Assembly (NCBI GenBank): GCA_050613775.1
Contig: JBODTK010000102.1
Coordinates: 310,001 to 374,000 of the forward strand
Source: Neocallimastix sp. 'constans'
Lineage: Eukaryota
Reading direction: 5' to 3'
DNA: 64,000 nt
The translations under genes were made by a program, and so were the position numbers. Positions 14,837 through 29,354 of the stretch are shown here, piece by piece; within the stretch, counting starts at the first letter, position 1; each line of letters opens with the position of its first letter. Below the pieces are notes generated by a model. That model saw nothing but the letters and a program-made list of their open reading frames with translations, was not told where the DNA came from and did no database searches.

Positions 14837-15189
14837 ATATCATTTATTTGTTACAAAATTCAATTTTTACATTAAGTTCATATCAATATCTTATTTATTT
14901 TATTTTATCATATTAAATATTATTATTTCACTGCTTACTTATTTATTTTAGTTTAATTCTATTAATACTTGCAATTTATTGTAATTCACATATTTATTTT
15001 ATTTTATATGTACTTGTATTTTTATTATAATTGAAACATTTTATTTAAGTTTATTTTATTTTTGTTTATACTTGTATTTTTATTATAATTCAAATATTTA
15101 TTTTATCTTACTTTATTTACTTGTATCTCTATAATATTATATTCTATATTTTATTATTATTTATTAATATTCCCACTCTTCATTAAGAC

Positions 15190-16720
15190 ATACCAAAATA
15201 AAAAAGACATATTATTCCTATTCTCTACTCGTTTTACCATAACAGATAACTTTTATCATGCTATCATTCTAGGACAAAACTTCATAGAAAAGCATAAAAT
15301 CTATAGCAATTACTATGATTGGAAAATATACCTCAATTATAATACTTTCGATAAATCGTCACTTAAACTACTCTAAGGAAAAGAAGAACTGCCTGATGAC
15401 TATCATTGATAACGAAGAATTAAAATTAAAAATATTATTAACTAATAAAGGATCACAGGAGCTACATAGTAAACTAATAGATAATAGATCTATTTTAACA
15501 AGATATGCCCACCCTTCCTGAAACTCCCTAGGACAAGCTCTGGCCAGTGACATGTATTTTCAGCTAGAACTAGCGCAACTACCCAACGGAAAATCTTTAG
15601 GCACTAATTTAGTCAATTATAATCTTAGAGTTTACAACTCAAAAGACAACCCTAAAGGAGAATTCTGATATCACTAGGTTTTTAGTATTATATTGGATAC
15701 TATAAGACTAATACTTCCAGAAAAGTAAGAATTATCTACCAAAGAAATAGTTAAAAAAATTATTCTGCTTGTATTGAAGATTTCAATGAAAAATTGGAAA
15801 ACACCTTGCCCAAGCACCGGCCATAAGATTGCGCAGTAAAATTGAAGTGGTATTTACTTTTACAGTTCAATTTATACTATGCCAAATGAAGAAGACAAAG
15901 AGATTCAGAAGTATCTTAAAGACAATTTAGTCAACGGATTTGTAAGAAGATCTATCTCTCATGTAGGACACAAAGTCTTAATTCAAAGGAAGAAAAACAG
16001 GGAGCATAATTTATGTATTGACCACCGTAAGCTAAATAACAAATCCTACAGAATTTCTACTCATTTCCCTTAATTACTGTCTTTTCGAAACCATAATGAG
16101 TTTGAAAATCTGTAATAAACTTGATTTAAAAAGCGCTTATAATCTTATTCGCGTCCGTGAAGGTGAGGAATTTAAACCTACATTTCCACTAAAAATGGTT
16201 ATTTTGAATACATAGTAATGCCTTTTGAGTTCACCAATACATCTACTGTTTTCCAAGGATTTATTTCAATAGTCTTAAGTGATATTAATAAATTCATAAA
16301 AATGTATTTAGATGATATCATCATTTAACCAGAACATTTTGAAGAACATGCTAAATAGATACGAATATTCCTGTAGCTACTCATTAATAGCCAGCTTGTG
16401 GCCAATTTTTCCAATTGCGAATTTCAAATGCAAGAAGTCGAATTCCTTGGCCTCATTGTTAATAGTGAGAGTATAAAGACCGGCCCTCACAAGTAAAACC
16501 ATATAACTTCTACTAATAGCATCAGTATCATCAGATTCTTCAATTACTCACCGTTTTTTTAAGTACTTCTTTAAAATTGCCTGGCCTATTCATCATCCTA
16601 CTAAGATAAATGTTGAATTCATATGGAATAAAGACTGCCAGGCTGCCTTATGCTAAAAGAACTTCTTGTTTCAGCATCAGTACTGACTTATCCTTACGAT
16701 AATAAACGTATGAAACTCTA
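15190..16720 (+). pseudogene. Ty3/gypsy pol remnant (protease C-terminal part, RT)
   Basis: HAIILGQNF, LCIDHRKLN, DLKSAYNLIRVREGEEFK, FEYIVMPF, YLDDIII, CEFQMQEVEFLG, WNKDCQAA in shifting frames; no LTRs found. Confidence 0.88.
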
Positions 16721-17892
16721 TGGGTTATGTTATACTGGTCTTGCTTCAAAAGGAAGTTAAGAATAGCGGAAGCATCGTACACGTAGTACTAGAAAATTAT
16801 AATTTTAAAGATATAATAAACAGTGAAATGTTATTAATAATACTATAAATATTATTTAATAGTATTTAAATATTTTAGTAATAAATAATAAATAATAAAT
16901 TTTAATAATAAAAAATAATAAATTTAAATAAATAATAATATATTTAAAAATAAAGAAAAAATTAATTAAAATAAAATATAATTAAAATTAAAAATCAAAT
17001 AAAATAAAAAATAGAATAATATAAAATAAAATATATAGCTGGATATGAGTATAAAGAAGAGATTGAAAAATTAAAATAAAATAAAAACCAGAATATAAAT
17101 ATAAAGTACATATTGAATAAAGTAAAATATAATAATTAATAAAATATTATATAAAAGTACTAATATAATAAAATATATTACAATCAAATAAAATAAAATA
17201 ATATAAAATAAATAAAATAAAACACATTAAAAAAATTAAAATTAATTAAATATTATGATTTAATAAAAAATTAAAATTACAAATTTTATTATTATAATTA
17301 ACAATATTTTCTTATTAATTATTTATTATAAAAAATATTATTAACTTTTAAAAAATTATTGTAAATATTTAGAATATTTTAAAATTATAAAAAATGATAT
17401 AAAAATATAAATAGTTGAATAAATGATAAATGATATTAAAAAAATAATTTAAATAAAAAAATATAATAAAGATACTTAGTTAAACAAATAAATTCTTCTC
17501 ATTAATACTAATTAAAAAAATAATTATAAAAGATATTTTTAATTTATTATTATAAATTGTAGTACATTTCGAAAAATTTCATTTTGTAGAATTCACATAA
17601 AAATTTCATTTCAGAAAATTTTAATAAATAGATAAATAAATTATGAAATAAATAAATAATAAATTTATTATAATATTTAAAAAAATAACAAATTTAATGA
17701 AAAATAAATAATTTAAAAATATATATTATTATATTTTTATTTATTTAATAAAAAAAATGAACGATTTTATAATTATTTTTCTTTTCATTGAGTATTGAAT
17801 TAATAAATAAAAATAATATTTATAATAATAAAATTTAAAAATAATAGCAAATATTTATTATTATATAATAAATAAAAAAAGTTTTAAATATT

Positions 17893-18111
17893 TTTTAGAA
17901 AATGATTATCTCTTCTTTTATTATGTTTTTAACAAAGTTACAGTTGGAGGAAATTATCTTTAAAAAATATTTTTTTATAATTATGTTAATATATATAAAT
18001 TACACAAGAATATATTATTGGTCATATACTTTATATATATAAATTAAAATTATACTACAAAACTCCTTAATTTAATATGAATATAAAACTTTAATATTTA
18101 TATTTTTAAAA
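17893..18111 (-). repeat. 3' LTR of element D
   Basis: Direct repeat of 29355-29570, adjacent to the PPT. Confidence 0.92.
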
Positions 18112-19375
18112 TTCCTCCTCAAGTCTAACTTTGAAACAAGTTAGAATTGAATCGATTTTATGTTGTTATTCGGATATATTTGATATTTAATATTTTGGAT
18201 GTTAAATCATTAATTGCTTTATGGGTGCCATTTTTATATGATGTGCTATTATTAACTCTCAAATTAATTCAGGTTACTGATATTCACTATATTCCTGATT
18301 TTTGTCCATTTAATGACATTACATAAATATTTTTATGTTTACTTGGTAAAGGTAGCTGATACCAGAATTTCATGAAAGGAAATTTTATTTTAGTAATTGA
18401 ATATTATATGTTGCTCCTTATAAGATATATATAATTTGTCGAAATTTTATATTCCCTTTTTATTTTCTTTAAACATTAATTGTGGTTTTACTAATTAATA
18501 TAGATAATGTGGAATTTAACGCTTTTCTAAATGTAGAAATATTCTAGAAGTGAAATATATCTAGAATACATATTATAAATAATTTATTTATAATATTCTT
18601 GCTTATTAAGATTTTGTTTAACTCTTTGGCCAATAGCTATTAATTCATTTCATGTTAGGTATTGTTTCATTTTATTTTAATTATTTTTTATTAAAATATA
18701 AAATATTAAATTTATACTTGAAAGGGATTTCAATTAATCTTCTTTTAATGAATCTATAATTATATGATATCGAATTATATTTGTTGGGATTCTTTTAAAT
18801 TTATTTTGCCAACAGAATCAAAATCACTTTCGTTTTCAGTAGAATTGGCATTGAAAATTAAATTTAATTTATTTTTGATGTTTGAATTATGATAATTAAG
18901 ATAATTATTAAAAATATCTCAGAGATTAATTTGCATGTGGAAATTAGTAAAATTGTATATCGAATATTTGAATTCTTCTTGTATGGATTATTATGTTAAT
19001 TGAAGGTAATTGAGTTATGACTAATACATTTATTTATTGATTACTGTCAAAAATATTATGTTAAGAAACACTCAAATAAGTTATAATAAACACAATAATA
19101 AATATATATGGATTAGTAGTTTTTAGAAAAATATTTTTTTATAACAGTATAAATTATTTTTATTCTCTTTTGTATAAGATATTATTTTTTATAAAATAAT
19201 AATTCCATGATTTTTATACTTTTTATTTTAAATATTAATACAAGTAATTGGTCATTATTTATATTAAAGATAGATTAATTAAATTAATCATTATTTTGAC
19301 ATTCCCCCAAAAATCTAGCTTCAAAAAAAAAACTTTTTAAAAGATAAAAAAAAATGAAGATAGATTTTAATATAA

Positions 19376-22300
19376 TTAATTAATTATTTTCGTTAATAAG
19401 GTATTTCTAAATTTGTCCATTAAAGAGTTATTTAAGTATTTTGTAAAACCATCAGCAAGGTTGTCCTTTGATTTTATGTATTTTAATTTTATAATTTTCT
19501 TATTTACTAAATCCCTAATATGATGATACCTAATATCAATGTGTTTTGATTTCGGATTTATTGATTGATTTTCACTATTATATATTGTTGCTTTATTGTC
19601 TACGAAAATTGTTATTTCTTTGATATTTATGTTTAATTCGTTTAGTAAATTTTTGTACCATAATGAATGTTTTGCGCATTCACTTAAGCTATAATATTCA
19701 GCTTCTGTAGTTGAGGTGGAGACACAGTGCTGTAATTTGGAATACCAACTTGTTGGAGTGTCCCCCATTAACATGAGAAATCCAGAAGTTGATTTTCTTG
19801 TATTCGGATCGCCAGCAAAATCGGTATCTACAAATATTTTTAATTTCATTCCCTTTTCTATTTTGATTCCATAATTTTTTGTATATTTGAGATATCTAAA
19901 AATTTTTAAAACATTCATCCAATCTTCTAAGTTGGGATCTGTTGATTTTCTTGAAGCTCTGCTAACAGCAAAAAGAATATCAGGACGGGTACAGATAGCT
20001 AAATATAGTAAACTTCCTATTGCACTTCGGTATTTTGTTTCATTGAATTTCTTGGTTCTTAGATTTGGATTTACTAATGGCATAAGATTTTTTACTGGTA
20101 TTAAGTTGTTAATATCGAATTTATTTAAAATGTCATTTATATATCTACCTTGATGTAAAATGTAGCCATTTAAAGTTTTGGTAAATTTTATTCCAATTAC
20201 AAATTCAACATCCCCAATATCCTTTATATTGAACTTCCTTTGAATAGATTGTTTTACTTTATTTATTTCTTGATTTGTTCCTGCAATGAGAATGTCATCA
20301 ACGTATACTGAGAGAATACAAACTATTTCCTTCCCATTGTTTAATTTAATATAAACACATGGCTCACTTTTTATTCTATTGAAACCTATTTTTATCAATT
20401 CTTCATTGAGTTTATCATTCCATTCTTTACCAGCTTGTTTTAAGCCGTAAAGAGCTTTGTGAAGTTCCCAAAAAGATTTTCCGTAAGATGGATGACCCTC
20501 TGGTGCTTTCATGTATATATGCTCATTTAATGGTGCATTTAAATAAGCTGAATTGATGTCTATTTGAACAATATTGAAATTTTTCTGAACCGCGATAACT
20601 GTAATGATTCGAACTGTATCCTGTTTTAGTGTTGGTGCAAATGTTTCTTTGTAGTCGATACCGTACTGTTGAGTGTATCCTTTTGCAACTAATCTTGCCT
20701 TTCTTTTAATAACATTTCCGTTTGCATCTCTTTTATACTTAAATACCCATCGTGATGATATTACGTTGGATCCTGATGGTACTGTTTTAACAATTTTATA
20801 AACATCAAGATTTTTCATAATTTCTAATTCTTTCTTGATTGCGTTTAGCCATTCTATTTTATCTTTAAATTTGAATATATCCTTGAAGTTATATGGTTCA
20901 ATTAATGTATTTTCATTAATTTTCATGTCTGATTCATCTGTGTTGTTTTTTTTTTCTTTTATTTGAATTAATTGTAAAATTGTTTAAATTCCTTTTTGAA
21001 TTTTTAGGATGTTGATAGTTTTGATTTTTCTCTTTATTTGTGTTATATTTATTATTAATGTTGTTAATTTCTTGTTGGTTTTCTGTTGATATTTTGTTGT
21101 TATCATTTTCAGTCGTATTTTTAATTTCATTATTAATATTGATTGAATTATTATTGAAATTGTGATCATTTGAATTTAACAATTCCTGATTGAAAGTGTT
21201 GTTACTATTATTGATTGAATTATTGTCAATAGTATTGTTGTTATTTTCATTATTATTATTTTGATTACTGTTATTAATGATAATTTTTTTATTATTATTT
21301 TGATAATTGGGATAATATTTACGACTAATTCTATTTGTTTTAGAGGATTTATTTTTGGATTGATTTTTAATATTTTTATTCTGGTTAATATTTCTATTCT
21401 GGTTAAAATTTGTTGTAGCATTTCTTTCATTGATAATATCTGTTATTTTATTATTATAATCATCAATTTCATTACGGTATCTAAGTCGGTTTAGACAGTT
21501 GCTCTCAATGAATTTGTTATTGGAATGAATACGATTTAAAAAGGAATTTCCTGGTTCATTTTCCATAAATTCTACAGTGCGAGATTGGATGATTTTATTA
21601 TTGATAACATCAAGAATTTTGTAAGTGGAAGGATGATCGCCATATCCAAGAAAAATACCAGGATGTGAATTATTGTCAAATTTTGATCTTAGTTCCTTTG
21701 GCACAAAGAAATAGACTCTACATCCGAATACTCTAAATGTATTGTAATCTACAGGCTTATTATAAAATACTTCAAATGGAATTTTGTTTTGAATGCCTTG
21801 ATGGGGAAGTCGATTATGAATATAGTTTGCAGTATCAACAGCAAACTCCCAAAAATCATGACTGAGTTTAGCGTCGTTAAGAAGTGATTTTGAAGAAGCA
21901 ATGAGTATACCATTAAATCTTTCAGCCCTTCCATTTTGAGAAGGGTTATAAGGAACTGAAAACTGATGATGAATTCCATTTTCTTCACAGAAAATTTGAA
22001 ATTTACTATTTTGAAATTCCTTCCCATTATCAGATCGAATTGCTTTGATATTTATATTTAATGAATTATAAATTTTATTATACCAAATGATAAATTTGTT
22101 AAATACATCATTTTTATTTTCAGTGAAGATGACCCATCCATATCTAGAGTAGTCATCTAAAATTGTAAGGAAATACTTATTGTTATTTATTGAAGGATTA
22201 ACAGGTCCTACAAGATCTAGATGTATTAATTCTAAAATTTGTTTAGTCTTATTGGTAGATGGTTTAAATGACTTATTTTTTAATTTGGAATTAATACATA

Positions 22301-23971
22301 CTGGGCATTTTAATTTTAGATTGATATTACTTAATTTATTTTTTATTTTAGAAATATCATAATGACCTAGGCGTCTATGCCAAAGGTCAATTACTTGTTG
22401 GTTATTTGATACTGTATAATTGATTTCGTTATGTTTTGTTGAATTTAAATTTGTTTGGTGTTTGGAAGTGAAAATTTGATATGTATTTTTATCATTAGAT
22501 AAAGATTTATAAATTCTATTTCCATTATTATCATAAATTAATGCTTGTGGGGAGTTGTCATAATTATTGAATATTACTTTATAATTTTGAGAAATTAATT
22601 GATTGATTGAAATTAAGTTTCTCTTAATATATCGTGAATAATAGACATTTTTTAAAATGAATTTGTTGTTGTTAATGAATCCTACAAAATCGCCACAAAA
22701 TTCAGATAATACTTCTTTACCATTCGCTAGTAAAATTTTTGTTTTACATTTTTTAATGTTAGTAAGAAATTTTATGTCATTAATAGTACTGATTGATGCA
22801 CCTGAATCTAAAATCCAAACTATGAAGTTATTATTATATATATTACAATTTTCGTGATTTTTATTTTTATTCTTTCTAAACAATTAATTTCGATTGCATT
22901 GTCAGAGTTATAATCTTTAGAAAAATCTTCTAAGTAGTCGTCTTTATAGTTGTTGTAATTGCTTATTGAATATAAATGCTTGTTATTAATTTTACTTTTA
23001 TTATATTTTTTGTTCAATTTTCTTCGAATTTTCATTGATTTATTTTCATTGTTTTGATTCAAGAGCTTATTTCTTTTATACTTATAACATTCCTTTTTGT
23101 AGTGGCCGTATTTTCCACATAAGAAACATTTTCCATTTTTTCTTCTTCTTATTTTTAAATGCTTATTATTTTGTTTATTTTTGTTTTCAGTTTGTAAATT
23201 AAAAATATTTTTTGCGTTTTCTTCTTGAAGTTTTCTTTCCTTGATGTTCGAGAAAAGAATATCTGGTATTATTCTTTTTACGTAATTGCAACATTTTATC
23301 CATTCATTATTGTACTGGAAAACATTTATCCACCTTAGATTTTCAGGTAAGGCTCTATTCAGAATCCCTACCTTTACACTATCACTCATGTCTGTATCGA
23401 TGATTTCCAATTCATCGATCATATTTTGAAGTGTTGCAAGGAAGATATGTATGTCATCATCTGTGGTAAATTTCAATCTGTTTAATTTATTTCGTAATAG
23501 CATTTTTTGATGCTCTTCTCCTAAAGTAAAGGAATCTTGAAGGAAGTTCCACATTTCGAAGGCGGTCTTACTATGGCTTTTTATTATTTCTTTCGTTTTC
23601 TTCCCCAGGCTATTATTAATTATCCATTTGACCATGATGTCATTCTTGATATCTGTTTGGGTTGTCCCAATATCGTAAACAAGAGAATTATTAAATTTAT
23701 CTTTAATGTACTTATCTAAATCTTCTTTAATATCCTTCTTTCTAAATTTTTTTACTTTTGGTAAACTAACGTATTCATCTAGATTATTGATGATTAAGAG
23801 GTCCAATACGTTAGTTTTCCAATCTTTAAAGTTTTCAACCGTTAATTCGGTAACATGATTGAAATTCTCGGAGTAATTGAAAGAGATTCCTTTAGCGAAG
23901 AAATTACTTTCTGATTCGGGAATTTCGATGATTTGGTTTCTGGAGTTACTTCTTGAATTGTTTCTGCTCAT
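19376..23971 (-). CDS. copia gag-pol of element B, split into 3 ORFs by two compensating 1-nt frameshifts (~22875 and the A-run at ~20945-20955)
   Basis: gag with zinc knuckle CFLCGKYGHYKKEC; WILDSGAS; RSDNGKEF; ARLVAKGYTQ; YVDD; NLADGFTK; gag and RT ORFs share a frame. Confidence 0.9.
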
Positions 23972-24593
23972 TTTCTATTTTTTATTTTTACCTTCTTATT
24001 TTAATTAAAAGTATTTATGTTTTATTATTTTCTTAATTTATTTTTTATTGCTTTTCTTTAATTTGTCTTTTATATATTTTTTATTTCTTTAGTTAGATTT
24101 TATTTTATTAAATTAAATAATGTAAATTGTAATTAATTTTGATTGGTTCTATTTTTAGTGACAATTTATTATTAATCTATTTATATAGATTTTTTAATGA
24201 TTAATATTTAAAAAATTTAATTTAAAGATATTAATATACATTTTTTTTTAATATTGATGGAGGAATCAGTATAATTTTATTATTATTGAAACCTATCATT
24301 TTGATTCTTTTATTAAATAATGTGAATGTGATTATGTTACTATTCCTTTTTTAATTAAGAATAAATTATTTTTATTAATGTTTATTATAAAGTATTGTAT
24401 ATATTTATATTACGAACAATAGTATAAAGAGATTAATTTATTTATATTAAGTGTATTTAAAAATTTTTGTTATTGTTGTGAAAATGATTATATCATTAAT
24501 TGTTCATATTTAATATATTATTATAATTTCATTTTAATTAAAATCTTTATTTTAATTATTTATTATATAATTGAATTTTTTATTATATTTTTC

Positions 24594-24815
24594 CCAGCTT
24601 ATATAGCATAGCTGACATGTCATGTTCTTTTATTCTCAGCTTATATAGCATAGCTGACATGTTATGTTCTTTTATCCTCAGCTTATATAGTATAACTGAC
24701 ATGTTATATTCTTTTATTCTCAGCTTATATAATATAGCTGATTTTTTGTTTCATTCTCAGCTTATATTCAATAGCTGATCTTTTATTTCATCCTCAGCTT
24801 ATGTCTAATAGCTGA
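24594..24815. repeat. Six tandem hairpin units (42/37-bp period) in the 5' leader of B
   Basis: TCAGCTTAT-N-ATAGCTGA units with CAGCTT at 24595, 24637, 24679, 24721, 24758, 24795. Confidence 0.9.
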
Positions 24816-25051
24816 CCTTTTGTTTATTTTCAAATTCAATTATATTGATATTGGACTTCTTTGTACAATTATTTTAAATATTAAAGATTCCACTTTTATT
24901 TTAGTTTTATAATTTATAAATATATATATATATATATAAATAATTAAAAATTAATATTTAATAATAAATATATAAATTTCAAATTTATTTAATGTTAAAT
25001 TTTTATTTTAAAAAAAATACTTAGCTTTTATATGGATTAATCGGTTGAGAT

Positions 25052-25065
25052 TGAGACTCTTAATC
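25052..25065 (-). other. Primer-binding site of B, complementary to the tRNA-Lys(CUU) anticodon arm
   Basis: The + strand reads TGAGACTCTTAATC and abuts the LTR. Confidence 0.85.
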
Positions 25066-25336
25066 TGTCAAAAATATTATGTTAAGAAACACTCAAATAT
25101 CTCAAATAAGTTATAATAAACACAATAATAAATATATATGGATTAGTAATTTTTAGAAAAATATTTTTTTATAACAGTATAAATTATTTTTATTCTCTTT
25201 TGTATAAGATATTATTTTTTATAAAATAATAATTCCATGATTTTTATACTTTTTATTTTAAATATTAATACAAGTAATTGGTCATTATTTATATTAAAGA
25301 TAAATTAATTAAATTAATCATTATTTTGACAATTAC

Positions 25337-27720
25337 ACAAAGCTTATGGTTTAGTTTTCAGTTTTGATTGATATTTTATTTTAATTGCGAAATCAATAAT
25401 AAATTTGAATAGTCATTAAATATATTAACGTTATATTCAGGGTGTTCAATGATATTACTTATTTGAAATTATTATACTTTGACGATAATTATTCCCCCTG
25501 ATTTCGTAATTAGAATAAAAGTTATAGAATCGATTTATTTTTGGTAATAAAATTTGAAATAGAGAGATATTTATGTTTAAATATTTCCGCTCTAATATGG
25601 GTTGATGTTCAAAATAGGAAATATATAAAATTTTTAATGTATTAATTTTGTTCCTAATATAACTTAAAATATGGAAATGATAACAAATGATAATGATGAT
25701 ATGTCCCGTTTTTATAGGTGGGAAATTGAAATAAGATTATTTTAATAAAATTTAATTGGTTTATTTTAATAGATATCCAGTAACTATTTTAATGTTAATA
25801 GTGCATTCATTTTTCAAAATTTCTTGAACCATTTTCGATTGTTGATTTTAATAATGATCACACTTTTGATTTATTAATATGATGGATTGTATTTTCAACA
25901 TAATCTCAGAATTTATACGATTTATTAAAGAAATATAATTAATATTAAAATCATTTTCTTTTATATCTAAAGTTATATTATGATCAGTAGCATAATCTAA
26001 TTATTTATGTTTAAAACAAAATTGTCATTTTGTAACCTTCTATTATAGGGGTATCATTTATATTTAAATTGATATTAGTTTGATTGGAATAATTCATTGG
26101 TTACTTTATAATTTATTTTTATTTTGATGTTTTACATAACAATACAAAGGGAAATGACCATGTTTTTATTTATATAGAATTGTTTATCATATATAATTGA
26201 TAAATTTGCCATTTCAATATTATTTATTTTACAAGCGGTTAGATCATGATATTGTTCATAAATGTTTGCATCGTTGATATTAGATATTTTATATATCTTT
26301 ATTAAATGTATTGTTAATAAATGATTTAAAAATATCGGAATATCCTTTTTGAATTGATAAATGTATTATTGAATTTTTCTTCATTATCTTTATTATTTAA
26401 ATTTATATGGTATATTTGAGTGAGATTGTAGTATTTCAAATAATTTTATTGACTTAACTTGCAGATTGTTGGAAATATATTATAACAATAATATTTTAAG
26501 AAATTTAATATATTTTCTTTTTAATGAAATATTAATTTTTTTTTTATCTAATAAAACAAAATCCAATTCATCAGCGTCTGTTTTGAAATTGATGGAATAA
26601 TTTATTAATATTTCAATTCTTTCAACATTATCTATTTCTATTAATTGTTTGACTAAGGAATTTTCTTTATATTTTTATTTATATACTATAATAATATTCT
26701 TTTTCTATGGCGATTGAAGTTTAAAGTGCATTACAAAAATATCATCTCTTTTATTAAAATCTAGTAAGTAATCATAGTAATGACTTATCGGTTCTATTAA
26801 AATTATTTAAATTTTCTATTCATTGTCTTTTATATGATATAAGAATGGTAATTCATTTTCTCTGATTTGATTTTTTTTTTTTTTTTTTTATTTTTTATCT
26901 ATTCTATACGGTAACGTAATAATAAATATTATAGGTTAAATATTGGAAAATTATCGAGAGACCTATACTATTACAAATATTATAATGCGTTTTCTATACT
27001 TAAATATAAATTATTATCATATTCAAATTACAATATTAGTTTAAATATAATAATAAATATACTATAAAAAATATTAGTTTTTGTGAGTTTAGATCGTGAT
27101 ATTTCAACAATAATTGATTCTTTAGTTTTAAAGGTTTCTTGATTTATGATTGCAATTTCTATGATATTGTGTTCATAATGCTAATATAATATTAATTATA
27201 AATATATATTGTAATTTATAATTTAATAAAAATCGTTATTCTAGTACTACTGTTCAGTTTGTGAATTACTTTATAAATTGGAAAATTTGAAGGTTAAAAA
27301 TAGGTATTGTTAATATATTTTGCAATAAATTTTTGTTTTCGTCTTTGTATAAATCGATTTATGCTTTAATTTCAGAAAACATCTCCATTGTTTTATTTTA
27401 GTTATGATTTTATAAACCTATTTCTTTATTAATAGTTTCTAGTATATCTAACTTTTATTTGTATTTTTTAATATTTATTGTATTCATAATATAGGAGGCA
27501 TTATGATTGAAGGAGAAACTTTAGAGTCGGCTTCAATATTCTCAACAAATTTATTTATTTTTCATGAAATATATTTGTTGATATATTTACTTCGATCGGT
27601 AGATTAAGAATTTTCTAGTTCAACTATTATTTTCATCTTAAAAAATTTATTTTATCAGCTATTTGAATTTATGTTTTTTATAAATTAGATCAATTTTTTT
27701 TTTTAATTTCATTAATCATT
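25337..27720 (-). pseudogene. Decayed ankyrin-repeat protein gene, cargo of element D (probably continues at 19044-18130 beyond B)
   Basis: Fragments LNNKDNEEK/IIHLSIQKGYSDIFKSFIN (~26400-26310), ACKINNIEMANL (~26236-26200), KHGHFPLYC (~26165-26140), NDTPII (~26058-26041), LDYATDHNITLDIKENDFN (~26000-25944); many stops and frameshifts; outer limits approximate. Confidence 0.65.
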
Positions 27721-27996
27721 TTTACTCTATTGTCCAAATTACATTGAAAGTTATTTTTTTAAATTCTATTTATTAATTTTGATTTTAAGTTACTTTCTTA
27801 CAATGAGTTAAAAATATAATACTAAAAATATAATTTTGTATTATATTTTTAGTTTTTAATTTTATTATACTTAAAATTATTTAATATTTCATTAATATTT
27901 GATGTAATTTTATTAGTATTATTATTGTTGTTAATATTATTAATATAATTTTTATTTTCTAATATATCTTTAATTTTTATTTTTGGACTTTACTTT

Positions 27997-28037
<41 letters not shown>

Positions 28038-28527
28038 TTATATATAAAATTCCATTTTTGAACCCATTTTCTATAATATTGAAATATATTGAAAATTGAA
28101 TGTATGTCACGCGATTGTTATATTGAAACTATAAAAATTCTCAGCTCTTTGCAATGACACTATTATCATATTTGTATTAATTTCTGTTAAATACATTAAT
28201 GAATTTATATCTAATAATATCTTTTATGAATATGGAATTAAAATTTATAAAAGATACACTTTATTAATATAAAATAGGAACTTTTATTATATGAGAAAAA
28301 AAAATATATTTTTGTTTAGTTCGCGTATTCATACTATTTCTATCATAGTATTTTGTTAAAGGTTTATCAGACAAAATGAAAGATAAAAATAATGAATCGT
28401 CCACCGGATTGGGAGCGGTTTTAGGAAAATATTAAGATGTTCAGAAATATGCTGTGTATTATTATTTTTATGAGTAGTTGAATTAAATTTTATTTAAATT
28501 TTTAGAAAAGAAAATACGATAGATTTT

Positions 28528-28730
28528 AGCTTCCTGTTGACTATTTTCAATTAAGCTTTTATCAAGCTTTTAACCATTTTCAACTAGCCTTTTATTAAGC
28601 TGTTGACTATTTTCAACTAGCCTTTTATTAAGCTGTTGACTATTTTCAACTAGCCTTTTATTAAGCTGTTGACTATTTTCAACTAGCCTTTTATTAAGCT
28701 GTTGACTATTTTCAACTAGCCTTTTATTAA
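28528..28730. repeat. 33-bp tandem hairpin repeats in the 5' leader of D
   Basis: ttattaagctgttgactattttcaactagcctt x4 plus 2 degenerate units; GTTGA/TCAAC inverted stem. Confidence 0.92.
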
Positions 28731-28968
28731 TAATATATATATATATTCTTATTATATTTATGCATTTATAATAATTCAAACACTCAAAATATATAAATTG
28801 TTTTTTATTTTTTATTTATATATATAATTATCTTATTTTATTCATTTATATACATTATTATCATTACTAGTAATTTCATTACATCATCGGCTGACAATAA
28901 TATTTTCAACTCGATATCTTTAATTATTTTTATTTTCTTTTTGTTTTATTATTATATTGGCTGACGAT

Positions 28969-29001
<33 letters not shown>

Positions 29002-29340
29002 CAGCTTAATCTGTACATTATTTTATACCTGCTGACTATTTGTTTTCAGCTCGATATAATACAATATTAATAAATTGTTAATGTTTTATACAATATAAAT
29101 TATACTTATCTTTTTAACGCTTATATAAATCACCCATCGTTAGTTTAATATATTTAGTTGTATAGATTTTTGAATTTTGAATGTATGATTTGATTAGTAG
29201 TTATTTCAAAAAAAATGTGATTAAATATTTAATTATAACGTAATATAAAATGATTTAAAGTTAGATAGAGAGTTATATATTTTTATTAATTTATTTTATA
29301 AAATACTTAACTTTCATGTCTTTGCTCAATCTGGTAAGAT

Positions 29341-29354
29341 TGAGACTCTTAATC
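29341..29354 (-). other. Primer-binding site of D (tRNA-Lys(CUU) anticodon arm)
   Basis: TGAGACTCTTAATC preceded by the D-arm-like GCTCAATCTGGTA. Confidence 0.85.

Larger units (their letters stand above)
19045..25331 (-). mobile_element. Full-length Ty1/copia LTR retrotransposon (element B) nested in D, TSD ATTAC
   Basis: LTRs at 19045-19301 and 25066-25331 (TG...CA; 2 substitutions and a 9-bp indel); ATTAC at 19040-19044 and 25332-25336; PPT complement ttcccccaaaa at 19302; PBS at 25052-25065. Confidence 0.97.

Noticed and set aside
16760..16792. Possible Helitron 3' end (GC-richer patch ending CTAG)
   Set aside because: No clear hairpin, not followed by T, and no Rep/helicase sequence or second copy
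28528..28730. Palindromic repeat arrays here and at 24594 and 35168 as CRISPR arrays
   Set aside because: No unique spacers, no cas genes, eukaryotic context; they are tandem repeats in LTR-element leaders. The 69-aa ORF at 28570-28779 is a repeat artefact.
29320..29354. tRNA-Lys gene
   Set aside because: Only the D-arm and anticodon part is present, with no T-arm or acceptor stem, and it always abuts an LTR, so it is a PBS
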